A DNA stretch of 64,000 nt from Vicinamibacteria bacterium (GTDB lineage Bacteria > Acidobacteriota > Vicinamibacteria > Marinacidobacterales > Marinacidobacteraceae): the NCBI GenBank assembly GCA_965199715.1, contig OZ241322.1, forward strand, positions 896,001-960,000, written 5' to 3'. This document shows, piece after piece, positions 35,141-47,216 of this stretch (position 1 is the first letter of the stretch; each line of letters begins with the position of its first letter). The position numbers and the translations under genes are program-made. The notes below the pieces were generated by a model. It saw only the letters and a list, made by a program, of their open reading frames with translations, ran no database searches and had not been told where the DNA came from.

Positions 35141-37071
35141 CGGGCGGCGCGCAGCGGCAGGCGAACGAGGAACCAGCCGAGGACGAGGAACACGAGGAAC
35201 CCCGGAACCCCCGACGGCGCGGCGACCGGACTCGGCAGCGCGAAGTCCCACACCGCGAACCCCGACAGCCCGACGCCCATCAGCGCCTCGCCGGCGATGA
35301 GGCCGGACGCGATCAGCGTGCCGGCGCTCTCGCCCGCCTGGCGGCGCCCGGCGGAAAGCCCGGCCATGCGGCGGTCGGCGATCCAGCGGATGAACCCGCC
35401 GGCGAAGATCGCGAACGTGGTCTGGAGCGGGAGGTACATGCCCACCGCGATGAGCATCGGCGAGGGCGCCTGGATCAGGATCAGGAACACGCACAGCGCG
35501 ATCCCGAAGGCGACGAGCGGCCAGCGCATGTCCCCGCCGACGATCCCCTGCGAGAGCAGCGCCATCAGTCCCGCCTGCGGGGCCGGAAGCTCGGCGCCGC
35601 CGACCCCGATCCCGCCCGCCGCGACGTCCCCCTCGTGGAGAAGGATCATCGGGAGCACGAGGAAGAACGACGCGAAGACCACGCCGATGATCTCGGCCCA
35701 CTCCATGCGGAACGGCGTCCCCCCGAGGAGCCGCCCCACCTTCAGATCCTGCAGCATGTCGCCGGCCACGGCGCAGGCGCAGCAGACGACCGCGGCCACG
35801 GCGAGCACCGCGGTCACCCCCTGCATGCCGGTCACGCCGAGGAAGGTCATCAGCAGCGCCGCGAGCAGCAGCGTCGAGATCGTGAGCCCCGAGACCGGGT
35901 TCGACGAGCTTCCGACGATTCCGACCAGATAGCCGGCCACCGCCGAGAAGAAGAAGCCGGCGACGATCATCACGATCGCCGACCCGAGCGCCCCGAGCGG
36001 CTGGCCGGTGTAGTGGTTGTAGAGCAGGAAGGTCGGAACGACCAGCGCGGCGATGCCGGCGGCGGTCCAACTGAACGGGACGTCGCGGTCGGACTCGTCC
36101 GACGCGGCGCCGGCGGTCGCGCCCTCGCGCGCCTCATGGAACGAGCGGCGGAGCCCCTCGCCGAGCGAGCGCCGCATCCGGAACAGGGTCCAGATCGCTC
36201 CGGCGATCATGGCCCCTACCGCGATCGGGCGCACGAGCTCGGCCCAGATGGCCCCCGAGGTCACGGACCAGTCGCCGCCCGCCGCCGCGACCCGCGCCGG
36301 ATCCGCGAACTCCGGGTTGAAGAACAGGATCGCCGGGATCATGAACCACCAGGCGAAGACCCCGCCGGAGAAGACGATCGCCCCCAGCCGGAACCCGATG
36401 ATGTACCCGACCCCGAGGTAGGCCGGCGAGGCCGCCGGCGTGGACCACGGGAGGAGGCCCGGCTGGCTCGCCGACCCGAAGCTCGCGCCGCCCACCGCGA
36501 GTCCGCCCTGGAACGAGCCGTAGGAGAGCGCCCCGGACATGCGCTCCGCGAACAGTTGGATTCCCTTGCCGTTCTTGAGCAGCTCGATGAGGGCGCCGAC
36601 CCCCATCATCTGGAAGAGGAGCCGGCCGCCGGAAGCCTCGCCGGCCCGGTGGATCTCGGCGGCGGCGACCGCCTCGGGGAACGGGAGCTCCGCGTCGTTG
36701 ACCATGCTCCGCCGCAGCACGACGACGAACAGGACGCCGAGCAGCCCGCCGACGAGCATCAGCAGCGTGCTCTCGAGGTAGTGGAACCCCTCCCACGCGC
36801 CGACCATGAGGAACGCCGGCAGCGTGAAGATCGCGCCGGCGGCGAGCGCCTCGCCCACCGAGGCGGTGGTGCGGGCGATGTTCTCCTCGAGCAGCCCGCC
36901 CCGGAACAGCCCGCGGATGACGACCATCGAGACGACCGCCGCCGGGAAGGTGGCGGCGACCGTCTGCCCGGCGCGGATGCCGAGGTAGGCGTTGGCCGCG
37001 CCGAGCACGACGGCCATGACCAGGCCGAGAAGGAGCGCGCGAAGCGTGAACTCGCGCCGGTTCGTCGCCAT
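35134..37071 (-). CDS. OPT-family oligopeptide transporter
   Basis: RBS GGAGG; REFTLRA, NAYLG, ENIART.AS.GE, LPFPEA, DMLQDLKVG, LPAPQA, SGLIAGE. Confidence 0.93.
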   Translation of the reverse strand: MATNRREFTLRALLLGLVMAVVLGAANAYLGIRAGQTVAATFPAAVVSMVVIRGLFRGGLLEENIARTTASVGEALAAGAIFTLPAFLMVGAWEGFHYLESTLLMLVGGLLGVLFVVVLRRSMVNDAELPFPEAVAAAEIHRAGEASGGRLLFQMMGVGALIELLKNGKGIQLFAERMSGALSYGSFQGGLAVGGASFGSASQPGLLPWSTPAASPAYLGVGYIIGFRLGAIVFSGGVFAWWFMIPAILFFNPEFADPARVAAAGGDWSVTSGAIWAELVRPIAVGAMIAGAIWTLFRMRRSLGEGLRRSFHEAREGATAGAASDESDRDVPFSWTAAGIAALVVPTFLLYNHYTGQPLGALGSAIVMIVAGFFFSAVAGYLVGIVGSSSNPVSGLTISTLLLAALLMTFLGVTGMQGVTAVLAVAAVVCCACAVAGDMLQDLKVGRLLGGTPFRMEWAEIIGVVFASFFLVLPMILLHEGDVAAGGIGVGGAELPAPQAGLMALLSQGIVGGDMRWPLVAFGIALCVFLILIQAPSPMLIAVGMYLPLQTTFAIFAGGFIRWIADRRMAGLSAGRRQAGESAGTLIASGLIAGEALMGVGLSGFAVWDFALPSPVAAPSGVPGFLVFLVLGWFLVRLPLRAARG

Positions 37072-37738
37072 GGGACCTCCTTGCCGGGGTCGGCGTTGCA
37101 TCACCGGGCCGGGCGGGATCGACTCCGGCGGAACGCGCCGTCGCAGCGCTTGCGCCGGTCTCGGCGGTTCAGCGCGACCGTGCGCGGCGCGCCGCCCGGC
37201 GTCCACGCAGCATCATGCGAATGCGTCCCCATTCTCGCAGTCGTGCGCGACGGGTGGGTCGGCGGCTCTCGACTCGGTCCGCCGTCGCGCTGGCCCGCCG
37301 AGCCTCGGCGATCCGTCAACGCATCCAGTATCGACGCATGGAGAGCGTCGCCGTGGACCTGCGCGAGCTCGGCGACGTGAGGACGGCGCGCGATCGCGCA
37401 GTCAGGACCGGGACGCCACTCGAAGGATGCACACGAGATCCGGAGGCCACGGGCTGTCCACGTGGACCCCGTCACCCCCGGTCTTGTCCTTGACCCCACT
37501 CGGGGTGCGGGCTGAGCTTGCCCCGCTTTCGCGGACAGTTCGCTATTTTCGGATCTGCGGCGAGCGCCTTCGCGCGGCGTCCGCCGGACTGCGTTCACGT
37601 TCGCTCCTCGAAGCTCCGTTCGTACTCCGCCGGGGCCTCGCACCCCAGCGCCGAGCGCCGCCTCCGGGTCCTCCAGCGGAACCGCGTCCCGCAGCTCGCA
37701 CTCCAACGTCGCGAGGAACGACTCCGCTTTCTCCACCG

Positions 37739-38578
37739 TCATGTGCTTGGGCACAGATTCCGCTGCTTGAGCAGCCATCGATGCTTGCTCGCGATGCTGC
37801 CGGGATCGCCGCTCGGATACACCTTCCCCCGCGGACGATTCACGAGCTTCTTGTCCAGGAAGTCCTTCTTGAGCTCCCCGTCGTCCGAATACAGCAGGCG
37901 GGCTCCGCTGAGGTCCGCCAGAGCAATGACGTGCGGATCGTCCGATCGCAACAGGTTCGATTCCGCGAACGCGTCCTCGCGGGCATCGACTTGCGCGGCG
38001 TCCTCCAACCTCAGCACGCCGCGCCGGAGCGCGACTTGGGCGTAGCTCCGCCAACCCTGCCCGCTCTTCGTCATCTCTCTCGCGTGCCGACCGCCGGAGA
38101 CCAAGCGGCCGCGACCGGAGCGGAGCCACTTCAGGAAGGCCATGCCCGCGGCGGTGGGATTTGGGCCAAAGACCTCAGGCACGGCGTTCACGTCAAGAAA
38201 TCGGAACTCGCACCAGACCTCGCCGCCATCGACCCTCACGCGTCGCGGCACGGCGCCGACCCCCTCCTTGCGGAACGTCACCTCGAAATTGGCGGGTCGC
38301 CCCTTGTACAAGCGACAAAAGCCAGCCGTGAACTCTCTCGCCCTTCCGCCTTTCCCGCCTCGGTAGTGCGCGATCTCGTCGAAGCTGCCGAGATCGTAGG
38401 GCGGTTTCTTGAAGTCCGGCTGATTGCGGTCAAGCGCCATGTCGCGCAAGGTGCGGACGAGAGCCAAGAACGACGTCTTCCCAGTGCTGTTCTCCCCGAC
38501 CAGCAGGGTGAGCGGAGCGAGAACCGCCGTCTGCCGGCCGCGGAAACAGCGGAAGTTCTCAACCGTCAGGCTGTTCAC
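37739..38578 (-). CDS. Chimeric ORF: N-terminal fragment of an AAA_15/AAA_21-type ATPase fused to a PIN-like domain
   Basis: VENFRCF...LTLLVGENSTGKTS (Walker A) with no Walker B; then FLDVN...SDDPHVIALA...LLYSDD acidic PIN-like pattern. Confidence 0.6.
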   Translation of the reverse strand: MNSLTVENFRCFRGRQTAVLAPLTLLVGENSTGKTSFLALVRTLRDMALDRNQPDFKKPPYDLGSFDEIAHYRGGKGGRAREFTAGFCRLYKGRPANFEVTFRKEGVGAVPRRVRVDGGEVWCEFRFLDVNAVPEVFGPNPTAAGMAFLKWLRSGRGRLVSGGRHAREMTKSGQGWRSYAQVALRRGVLRLEDAAQVDAREDAFAESNLLRSDDPHVIALADLSGARLLYSDDGELKKDFLDKKLVNRPRGKVYPSGDPGSIASKHRWLLKQRNLCPST

Positions 38579-39050
38579 GGCCTCTCTCCTGAGCTTCCGG
38601 GGAAGTTGCGCCCTCATTCGCTCCCGCGCCGAAGCCAGAATTGGAGGGCGTCTCCTCCGCGTCGGAAGTGGTCGGTTTCGTCTGCTTGGAGGGGGCGCGG
38701 TTCTTCTTCTCGTCGTCAGGCGCCGGCGCCGCCGTCCGGGCGGCGAAGTAGAAGGCCGCGACGGCCCCGACGAGCGGCCCGAACGCGGTCAGAACCGTGT
38801 TCACGAGATCGGCCCGGTTCGCCAGCGCGAACGCCGGGATCAGGATGAGGAACAGCAGATAGACCCCCACGATCCACAGGGCCAGCATCGCCCGAACCGA
38901 TCCGCGGGGGAGGCCCAGGCCCCGAAGTTCCGTCTTGTCGAGCTCGTGCTTCCACGCCTTCTTCGGGAGGCGGTAGAGAACCGCCCATGAGATCCCGATG
39001 AATCCCACTGCGAGCGCGATCGCAAGGATCCACGAGGGCATTTCGGTCAT
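38559..39050 (-). CDS. Small three-TM membrane protein with LGLPRGSVRA motif
   Basis: Three hydrophobic helices; GLPRGSVRAMLAL; GAVAAFYF. Confidence 0.7.
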   Translation of the reverse strand: MTEMPSWILAIALAVGFIGISWAVLYRLPKKAWKHELDKTELRGLGLPRGSVRAMLALWIVGVYLLFLILIPAFALANRADLVNTVLTAFGPLVGAVAAFYFAARTAAPAPDDEKKNRAPSKQTKPTTSDAEETPSNSGFGAGANEGATSPEAQERGREQPDG

Positions 39051-39240
39051 GGCGCATAGCGTAGCGGTGACGACCGTCGTTCACGGAGTTCGGGCCGCGT
39101 TCCGCCGCACGCCGCCGCGGATTCCGCCGGTCGGGGTCGGGCCGAGCGAGCGACGGGAGCCTTGCTTCCGGAGCGACCGCGGCTCCGACCTCGACGAGGC
39201 GGGGATGCGTTCGGCGCCCGTTGACCGGGCGAGCGCCCCG

Positions 39241-39540
39241 TTACGCCTCTTCTTCCGGCGGACGCGCCGCCGTTCGGCCAGCGAAACAACGCGCCACCAC
39301 GGCCCCGACGAGCGGACCGAACGCAGCCAGCGCCGTGTCCACGAGATTCGTGTCGCCCGCCGCCACCTCCCCTCCGGTCGTCCCCGCGTCCTGTTGGGCG
39401 GACTCCGAGGCCGTTTGGGCGGGCGGCGGCGCCGTTGGGACAGGCGCTGACGCCGGGATCAGGATGCGGAACAGGAGATAGACCCCCACGATCCACAGCG
39501 CGAGCATCGCCCGAACCGATCCGCGCGGGAGGCCCGGAGA
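39241..39540 (-). pseudogene. 5'-degraded paralog of the 38559-39050 membrane protein
   Basis: GLPRGSVRAMLALWIVGVYLLF is identical; LVDTALAAFGPLVGAV is similar; first TM and a credible start are missing. Confidence 0.7.
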
Positions 39541-39987
39541 ATCCGGACGCCGCGGCGGACGATTGGGAGGAACGCGCGCACTGCGCCCGAGAGTTGGCCA
39601 GCGCGTGCCGGTGGGTTCCCGGGAGGAGTCGAGGGCGAACCCGCTTCTCCGAGGCCGCGGCGCGCCCGAAGCGGGGGTTCGCGACGGCGGCCGCCAGGCC
39701 CTCGACAAACGGACAGCCCTCGGGCCGTTGCGGGCCTTCCCTCCGCTCCGGCCATCGAGGCCGCCGTCCGGCGCACCGAAGGGGGGTAGCCGCTCGGTCC
39801 TCGAGTCCGAATACCCGACGCCGTTCGCGAGAGCCGGGCAGACTCAACGAGGCGGCGCACCTCGCCCCGACCTCCAAACGGCCTCGCCGCGGTTCAGGAC
39901 GGATCCGCACAACTTCGCGGAAATCGCGCCCGCCGCCGACCCGCTGCGGCTGAGCACGTGCCAGGGCCGCCAACAGTTGCAAAAGCA

Positions 39988-40017
39988 GAACCCCGGGGCC
40001 GCGAGGCCCCGGGGTTC
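39988..40017 (-). terminator. Intrinsic terminator of the surface lipoprotein gene
   Basis: Perfect 13-bp stem GAACCCCGGGGCC/GGCCCCGGGGTTC, 4-nt loop, followed by TGCTTTTG on the minus strand, about 40 nt after the stop. Confidence 0.8.
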
Positions 40018-40058
40018 CGATCCGACGTGGCTGGGAATCAGATCATGGACCGACTAGG

Positions 40059-41948
<1,890 letters not shown>

Positions 41949-42258
41949 TTCGCCTACCTCCTGTAGGGCGTTAGCGGACTGCGCCGGGCGCGGTCTCTGG
42001 GAATGTCCGATCCGCTCTTGGGAGCGGCGCGGGAGGACGGGCAGGTCCGCTCCGCCTCTTCACGCCGCGAAGCATATGCGACGCGAAGAGAGCGGACAAG
42101 CCACGGTCGGAAAGAATCATACGTAGTGGGTGAGTCAACCACAAAGACTTGACGGGGTCAAGGAGCCGGAAACGCTCCGGCCATCCATGCGGCCCCTCGC
42201 AACGGGCGGGGGAAGCATATCCATGGGAACCCTCGCAAGCGAGGAGCCGCGGGAAGCG

Positions 42259-42332
42259 TCGGGGCGGCAGGATTTGAACCTGCGACCCCCTGATCCCGAA
42301 CCAGGTGCTCTACCAGGCTGAGCCACGCCCCG
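42259..42332 (-). tRNA. tRNA-Pro(CGG)
   Basis: CGGGGCGTGGCTCAGCCTGGTAGAGC...anticodon loop TTCGGGA...GGTTCAAATCC...GCCCCGA; no encoded CCA. Confidence 0.93.
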
Positions 42333-42346
42333 TCGGCGCGGCGCGG

Positions 42347-42382
42347 ATTCTAACCGGAACCGCGGGAGCGCCGCACTAGAAT
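42347..42382. promoter_or_regulatory. Back-to-back TAGAAT -10 boxes for the divergent tRNAs
   Basis: TAGAAT on minus (42352-42347) and on plus (42377-42382). Confidence 0.55.
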
Positions 42383-42393
42383 CCACGCCCCAT

Positions 42394-42467
42394 CGGGACG
42401 TGGCGCAGCCTGGTAGCGTGCTTGCTTGGGGTGCAAGAGGTCGTCGGTTCAAATCCGGCCGTCCCGA
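42394..42467 (+). tRNA. tRNA-Pro(GGG)
   Basis: CGGGACGTGGCGCAGCCTGGTAGCG...stem CTTGC/GCAAG with loop TTGGGGT...GGTTCAAATCC...GTCCCGA; no encoded CCA. Confidence 0.93.
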
Positions 42468-42479
42468 CGCGGTTTCCCG

Positions 42480-42920
42480 TCAGTCGTCCCCGGCGGCGAT
42501 TCCGAGGCCGGCGATCTCGGCGTCGGTGCGGTCCATGAGCGCGAGCGCCTGGAGCGCGAGCCGGCGCGCCCGGCCGGATTCGTCCGCGGGCGCCGGGGCG
42601 GGCTTCCCTTCGGCCGGGGACGCGGCGGTCGGCTTCGGCTGGGGCGCCGGCTTCGCCGGCGCCCCAGCGCCGCGCTTGCCGAGCACCCGGCGGGCGCCCG
42701 CCGCGGTGTAGCCCTCCTCCATGAGGAGGCGCTGGATCTCGAGGACCATCTCGATGTCCTCGGCCCGGTAGGAGCGCTGGCCCGATTCGTTCTTCCTGGG
42801 CCGCAGCGTCGGGAACTCGCGCTCCCAGTAGCGCAGCGTGTACATCTGGACCCCGGTGATCTCGGCGACCTCGCCGATCCGGAAGAAGAGCTTGTTGGGG
42901 ATCGGGCGGCGGAGCGTCAT
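42480..42920 (-). CDS. MerR-family transcriptional regulator
   Basis: [13 protein letters not shown]...[12 protein letters not shown]...GQR.Y, EGYT..GAR. Confidence 0.9.
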   Translation of the reverse strand: MTLRRPIPNKLFFRIGEVAEITGVQMYTLRYWEREFPTLRPRKNESGQRSYRAEDIEMVLEIQRLLMEEGYTAAGARRVLGKRGAGAPAKPAPQPKPTAASPAEGKPAPAPADESGRARRLALQALALMDRTDAEIAGLGIAAGDD

Positions 42921-44257
42921 GCGGGCTCTCTGTGGATTCGGATTCTACGCTCGCGCCCGCGCCGCTCCTCGAGGTCCAGCTTGATCGGGGCCCCCGCGAA
43001 CCCCCACCGCGCGCGGATTCTCCCGACGAGGAACGCGGGCCAGGTCGAGACGAGGTCGTCCGGGGGGCGGTTCAGGAACACCCGGAACCGCGGCGGGAAG
43101 ACCCCCGACTGGTAGCCGTAGAGCACCCGCACCTCCCTGCCCCGGCGCGACCTCGGGGCGTTGCGTCCCGCCGTCTCGGCGAGGAAGCGGTTCAGTTCGG
43201 GGGTGGGGATCCGCGTCGCGAGCCGCTCGCCGAGCGCGAAGGCCGCCTTCCAGATCGCGCCGACCCCGAGCCCGGTGAGCGCCGAGATGCGCAGCACCGG
43301 CGGGTCGGGGAGGTGGCGCAGGCGCTCGCCCACGCGCTCGCGGAGGCTGCGCCAGCGCTCGGCGCGGTCCCCGACCTCGTCCCAGCGGTTCAGCAGCACG
43401 ACCACGCCGCAGCCGGCGCGGACGGCGAGCCGCGCGATCCCGGCGTCCAGCGCGGTCGGCCCCTCGCGGGCGTCGGTCATCAGGAACGCGATCCGGGCGC
43501 GGTCGAGGGCGCGCTCGGCGAGCATCGCGGCGATTCGGTCGGCGGCCTCGAGGTCCCGGACGCCGCGGCGGACGCCGGCGGTGTCCACGAGGAGGACGTC
43601 GCGCCCCTCGACGGTCAGGAGCTCGTCCACCGGGTCGCGGGTGGTCCCCGCCGTCTCCGAGACGAGCGCCCGGTCGCGGCCGACGAGCCGGTTCAGCAAG
43701 GTGGACTTGCCGACGTTGGGGCGCCCGACGATCGCGACCCGCAGTGCGGGGGCGGGGGCGGGCGCTTCCGGTTCGGCGGGAATCGTCGCGACGACCCGGT
43801 CGAGCAGGTCGGCCACGCCGGGGCCGTGCTCGGCCGAAATCGGGATCGGGTCGCCGAGCCCCAGCTCGTGGAACTCGGCGGCGGCGGCCTCGTGGCGGCC
43901 CTCGGCCTTGTTGGCCACGAGGAGGACGGGCGGGAGGTCCCCGCGCCGGAGCTCGTCCGCGAGCAGCGCGTCGGCGTGGGTGAGGCCGGCGCGGGCGTCC
44001 ACGAGAAAGAGGACGAGGTCGCCCCGGCTCGCGGCGCGCTCGGCCAGCTCGCGGATCTCGCGGGCGTAGGGGCCGGCGTCGGGAGCGCCGGCGCCGCCGG
44101 TGTCCTGCAGCTCGAAGGAGGCGCCGTTCCACGTCGCGTCCTCCAGCCGGCCGTCGCGGGTCGAGCCGGGCCGGGCGTGGACGATGGCCGGGCGGCCCCC
44201 GAGGATGCGGTTGAAGAGGGTGGACTTGCCGACGTTGGGGCGCCCGAAGAGGGTCAC
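42917..44257 (-). CDS. der: Ribosome biogenesis GTPase Der (EngA)
   Basis: Two [10 protein letters not shown]-loops, TRD, DTGG/DTAG, KH-like C-terminus; start may be about 15 nt further upstream. Confidence 0.92.
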   Translation of the reverse strand: MTLFGRPNVGKSTLFNRILGGRPAIVHARPGSTRDGRLEDATWNGASFELQDTGGAGAPDAGPYAREIRELAERAASRGDLVLFLVDARAGLTHADALLADELRRGDLPPVLLVANKAEGRHEAAAAEFHELGLGDPIPISAEHGPGVADLLDRVVATIPAEPEAPAPAPALRVAIVGRPNVGKSTLLNRLVGRDRALVSETAGTTRDPVDELLTVEGRDVLLVDTAGVRRGVRDLEAADRIAAMLAERALDRARIAFLMTDAREGPTALDAGIARLAVRAGCGVVVLLNRWDEVGDRAERWRSLRERVGERLRHLPDPPVLRISALTGLGVGAIWKAAFALGERLATRIPTPELNRFLAETAGRNAPRSRRGREVRVLYGYQSGVFPPRFRVFLNRPPDDLVSTWPAFLVGRIRARWGFAGAPIKLDLEERRGRERRIRIHREPA

Positions 44258-44268
44258 CCGCGGCCGGC

Positions 44269-44559
44269 TCAGCGGTCGAGATCCTTGCCGCGGCGGAAGC
44301 GGACGACGTTGCCCGGGGGGATCGCGACGACCTGGTTCGTGCGCGGGTTGCGGGCGACCCCGGTCTTGCGCGGGCGGACGACGAAGATCCCGAAGCGGCG
44401 GATCTCCACCCGGCCGCCGGCGCCGAGCGTGTCCCCGAGCGCGCGGAACACGCACTCGACCGCCGCCTTGACCTGCTTGCGTCCCGGCGGCGGGGGCCGC
44501 GAGCGGTCCGGAAGATCGGTCGCCGCGAGGCAGCGCCGGATGAGGTCTTCCTTCACCAT
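44269..44559 (-). CDS. HU/IHF-family DNA-binding protein
   Basis: VEIRRFGIF.V.PRK....RNPRT...V.IP...VVRF..GKDL. Confidence 0.88.
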   Translation of the reverse strand: MVKEDLIRRCLAATDLPDRSRPPPPGRKQVKAAVECVFRALGDTLGAGGRVEIRRFGIFVVRPRKTGVARNPRTNQVVAIPPGNVVRFRRGKDLDR

Positions 44560-44595
44560 GCCGGTCAGGCGCGATAATCCCGGCGGACGGACGGC

Positions 44596-45810
44596 ATGGA
44601 ACGGGCGAGGATACCGCACGAGGGGCCGCTCGTCGTGCTCGGAGTGACCGGGTGCATCGGGGCCTACAAGACGCCGGAGCTGGTGCGGCGCCTGCGGGAC
44701 CGGGGGTTTCGGGTGCAAGTCGCGCTGACGCGGGCGGCGCGGGAGTTCGTCGCGCCGCTCGCGCTCGCGACGGTCTCCGGAAATCCGGTGCGGGAGAGCC
44801 TGTTCGCGCCCGAGGAGGTCGCCGACGGGGACGTCCGGCACATCTCGCTGACGGAGGAGACCGCGGTCTTCCTCGTGGCGCCGGCCACCGCGCACGCGAT
44901 CGCCCGGATGGCGCTCGGGCTGGCCGACGACTTCCTGACGACGTTCCACCTCGCCGTGCGGGCGCCCACGCTGGTCGCGCCGGCGATGAACACGAACATG
45001 CTGGAGCACCCGGCGACCGCGGGGCACCTGGAGACGCTGCGGCGGCGGGGGGTCCGGATCGTCGAGCCGGGAGCGGGGGAGCTCGCCTGCGGCTGGTTCG
45101 GCCCGGGGCGGCTCGCGCCGGTCGAGGAGATCGTCGCGGCGGCCCGGGACGCGCTCGGGCCGCGGGACCTCGCGGGGCGGCGGGTGGTCGTGGCCGCGGG
45201 GCCGACGCGGGAGCCGATCGATCCGGTGCGGTATCTCGGCAACCGGTCGTCGGGGAAGATGGGGTTCGCGCTCGCGGAGCGGGCGGCGGCGCGGGGGGCT
45301 TCGGCGACGCTCGTGCTGGGGCCGGTCGGCCGGGAGCCGCCTTCGGGGTGCGAGGTGGTGCGGGTGGGGAGCGCCCGGGAGATGCGCGACGCGGTGGTCG
45401 CGCGGCGGGACTGCGACGCGGTGGTCATGGCGGCGGCGGTCGCCGACTTCCGCCCGGCGGAGCTTCCCGAGAAGCTGAAGCGGGGGGAGCGGGAGACGCT
45501 GCGGCTGGATCTGGTCCGGAACCCGGACGTGCTCGCCGAGCTGGGTTCCGACCGGTCGAAGGGGCCGCGGGCGCTCGTCGGGTTCGCCGCCGAGACCGGC
45601 GATCCGGAGGCGGAGGCGCGGCGGAAGCTCCGGGCGAAGGGGGCGGACCTGATCGTCGGGAACCGGGTGGGCGCCGGAGTCGGGTTCGGGACCGACCGGA
45701 TCGAGGCCGCGCTGGTCGAGAGTTCGGGCGTCGAGCGGCTCGGGGAGGCGACGAAGCGCGAGGTCGCGGACGCGGTGTGGGACCGGGTGGCGCGGCGGCT
45801 TTCCGGTTGA
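44596..45810 (+). CDS. coaBC: Bifunctional phosphopantothenoylcysteine decarboxylase/synthetase
   Basis: [46 protein letters not shown]. Confidence 0.95.
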   Translation: MERARIPHEGPLVVLGVTGCIGAYKTPELVRRLRDRGFRVQVALTRAAREFVAPLALATVSGNPVRESLFAPEEVADGDVRHISLTEETAVFLVAPATAHAIARMALGLADDFLTTFHLAVRAPTLVAPAMNTNMLEHPATAGHLETLRRRGVRIVEPGAGELACGWFGPGRLAPVEEIVAAARDALGPRDLAGRRVVVAAGPTREPIDPVRYLGNRSSGKMGFALAERAAARGASATLVLGPVGREPPSGCEVVRVGSAREMRDAVVARRDCDAVVMAAAVADFRPAELPEKLKRGERETLRLDLVRNPDVLAELGSDRSKGPRALVGFAAETGDPEAEARRKLRAKGADLIVGNRVGAGVGFGTDRIEAALVESSGVERLGEATKREVADAVWDRVARRLSG

Positions 45811-46436
45811 ATCCGCGGGAGCAGGTCCGGGCGCGGCTGCGGCTGCTGCGGGACCTGACCGATTTCGTCGGGTCCGGGGAGACGCTGCGGGAGATTCGGG
45901 CGGATCTCGGCGACTGCCGCCGGTGTCCGCTGGCGGAGGGGCGGCGGACGCTCGTGTTCGGGTCCGGGAATCCTCGGGCGCCGCTCATGTTCGTGGGGGA
46001 AGGCCCGGGGGCCGAGGAGGACCGGCGGGGCGAGCCGTTCGTGGGGCGCGCCGGGGAGGGGCTGAACCGGCTGCTGCGCGACGGGTTCGGGATGGAGCGG
46101 GAGGCGGTCTATATCGCGAACGTGGTCAAGTGCCGGCCGCCGGGGAACCGGGATCCGGCGCCGGGGGAGGTCGCCGAGTGCGAGCCGTTCCTGCGGCGGC
46201 AGATCCGGTCGGTGCGTCCCCGGGTGCTGGTCGCGCTCGGGCGGGTGGCGCTGCAGGCGCTCGTGCCCGGGGCGCGGGGGATCGGGGCGATGCGCGGGCG
46301 GGCGCTCGAGTTCGAGGGGATTCCGCTGGTGCCGACGTTCCACCCGGCGTTCCTGCTGCGGCTGTCCGGGGAGGAGGGGGAGCGACGGCGGGCGGAGGCG
46401 CTTTCGGACTGCGCGGTCGCTCGGGGGTTCCTGTAG
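45807..46436 (+). CDS. Uracil-DNA glycosylase, family 4
   Basis: [33 protein letters not shown]; TTG start overlaps the coaBC stop. Confidence 0.92.
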   Translation: MNPREQVRARLRLLRDLTDFVGSGETLREIRADLGDCRRCPLAEGRRTLVFGSGNPRAPLMFVGEGPGAEEDRRGEPFVGRAGEGLNRLLRDGFGMEREAVYIANVVKCRPPGNRDPAPGEVAECEPFLRRQIRSVRPRVLVALGRVALQALVPGARGIGAMRGRALEFEGIPLVPTFHPAFLLRLSGEEGERRRAEALSDCAVARGFL

Positions 46437-46439
46437 GGG

Positions 46440-46630
46440 TCCGTCGGCGAGCGCGGCGAAGAGCGCGGCGATCCCCGCCAGGAGCGTGATCTCGACGGGG
46501 AAGCGCCGCGGGGACGTCGCTTCGACCTGTCGAAGCGCTTGCGGATCCTCCCTTCGGACGCGGCGGTCGCGGCCGTCAGGTCGTCGAAGCGCCTGTCGAT
46601 CGGATCCTCGGACGCCGTGGGCCGGACGGC
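46440..46630 (-). pseudogene. Degraded paralog of the adjacent coiled-coil membrane-anchored protein
   Basis: AVRPTASEDPIDRRFDDLTAATAASEGRIRKRFD resembles AVRLTASEDRTGKRFDELKAEIVASE; a frameshifted TM segment ITLLAGIAALFAALA follows. Confidence 0.6.
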
Positions 46631-46703
46631 CGGCGCAGCCCGCTTTCGGGGAACGCCCGCTGAAGCGTCGGCGCGTTCCGCTGGGTCGGGGATGCAGGGG
46701 GGA

Positions 46704-47216
46704 TCAGAAGCCGAAGATACGCGCCACGAAGGACAGGACAATGGCCCCGACGACCATCCAGAAAAGGTATCTCGGATACTTGCGCGAGTCCGCGATCTCG
46801 GCCTTCAGCTCGTCGAAGCGCTTGCCGCTCCTCTCTTCGGACGCGACGATCTCGGCCTTCAGGTTCTTCTCGGACGCGACGATCTCGGCCTTCAGCTCGT
46901 CGAAGCGCTTGCCGGTCCGATCCTCGGACGCCGTGAGCCGGACGGCCAGGTCGCTGATCGCCAAGCCGAGACTCGCGACCTTCTCCTCCAGAACGGCCAC
47001 GCGGGCCTCGAGCGCGTTCAGCCGGATCCCGAGCGCGTTCAGCCGGGTCTCGAGTCCGGTGAACCGGGTCCGAATGTCGTTGAGCGCGTCGGTGACGACC
47101 ATACCCACACCCTCCGTGAGCCAAGTATAGGCGCTCGGAGGAGGGGCGGGCGGCTGCGGGGAGTCGGCGTCGGGACGGACGACGGGGGCAGGCGGGGGAA
47201 GTCTGCGCGAACACAT
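46704..47216 (-). CDS. Coiled-coil repeat protein with C-terminal TM anchor (DUF1640/CCDC90/Bdr-like architecture)
   Basis: Repeats RLNAL x2, GKRFDELKAEI x2, LKAEIVASE x2; C-terminal YLFWMVVGAIVLSFVARIFGF. Confidence 0.7.
   Translation of the reverse strand: MCSRRLPPPAPVVRPDADSPQPPAPPPSAYTWLTEGVGMVVTDALNDIRTRFTGLETRLNALGIRLNALEARVAVLEEKVASLGLAISDLAVRLTASEDRTGKRFDELKAEIVASEKNLKAEIVASEERSGKRFDELKAEIADSRKYPRYLFWMVVGAIVLSFVARIFGF

Noticed and set aside
37215-37493. Possible antitoxin-like remnant (LARRASAIRQRIQYRRMESV)
   Set aside because: Similarity is impressionistic; no clear SD or partner gene.
39560-39960. Intergenic stretch as a possible ncRNA or MITE
   Set aside because: No terminal inverted repeats, second copy or recognisable RNA motif seen.
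46780-46930. Direct repeats as a possible CRISPR array
   Set aside because: Repeats are in-frame coding units without unique regular spacers; no cas genes.
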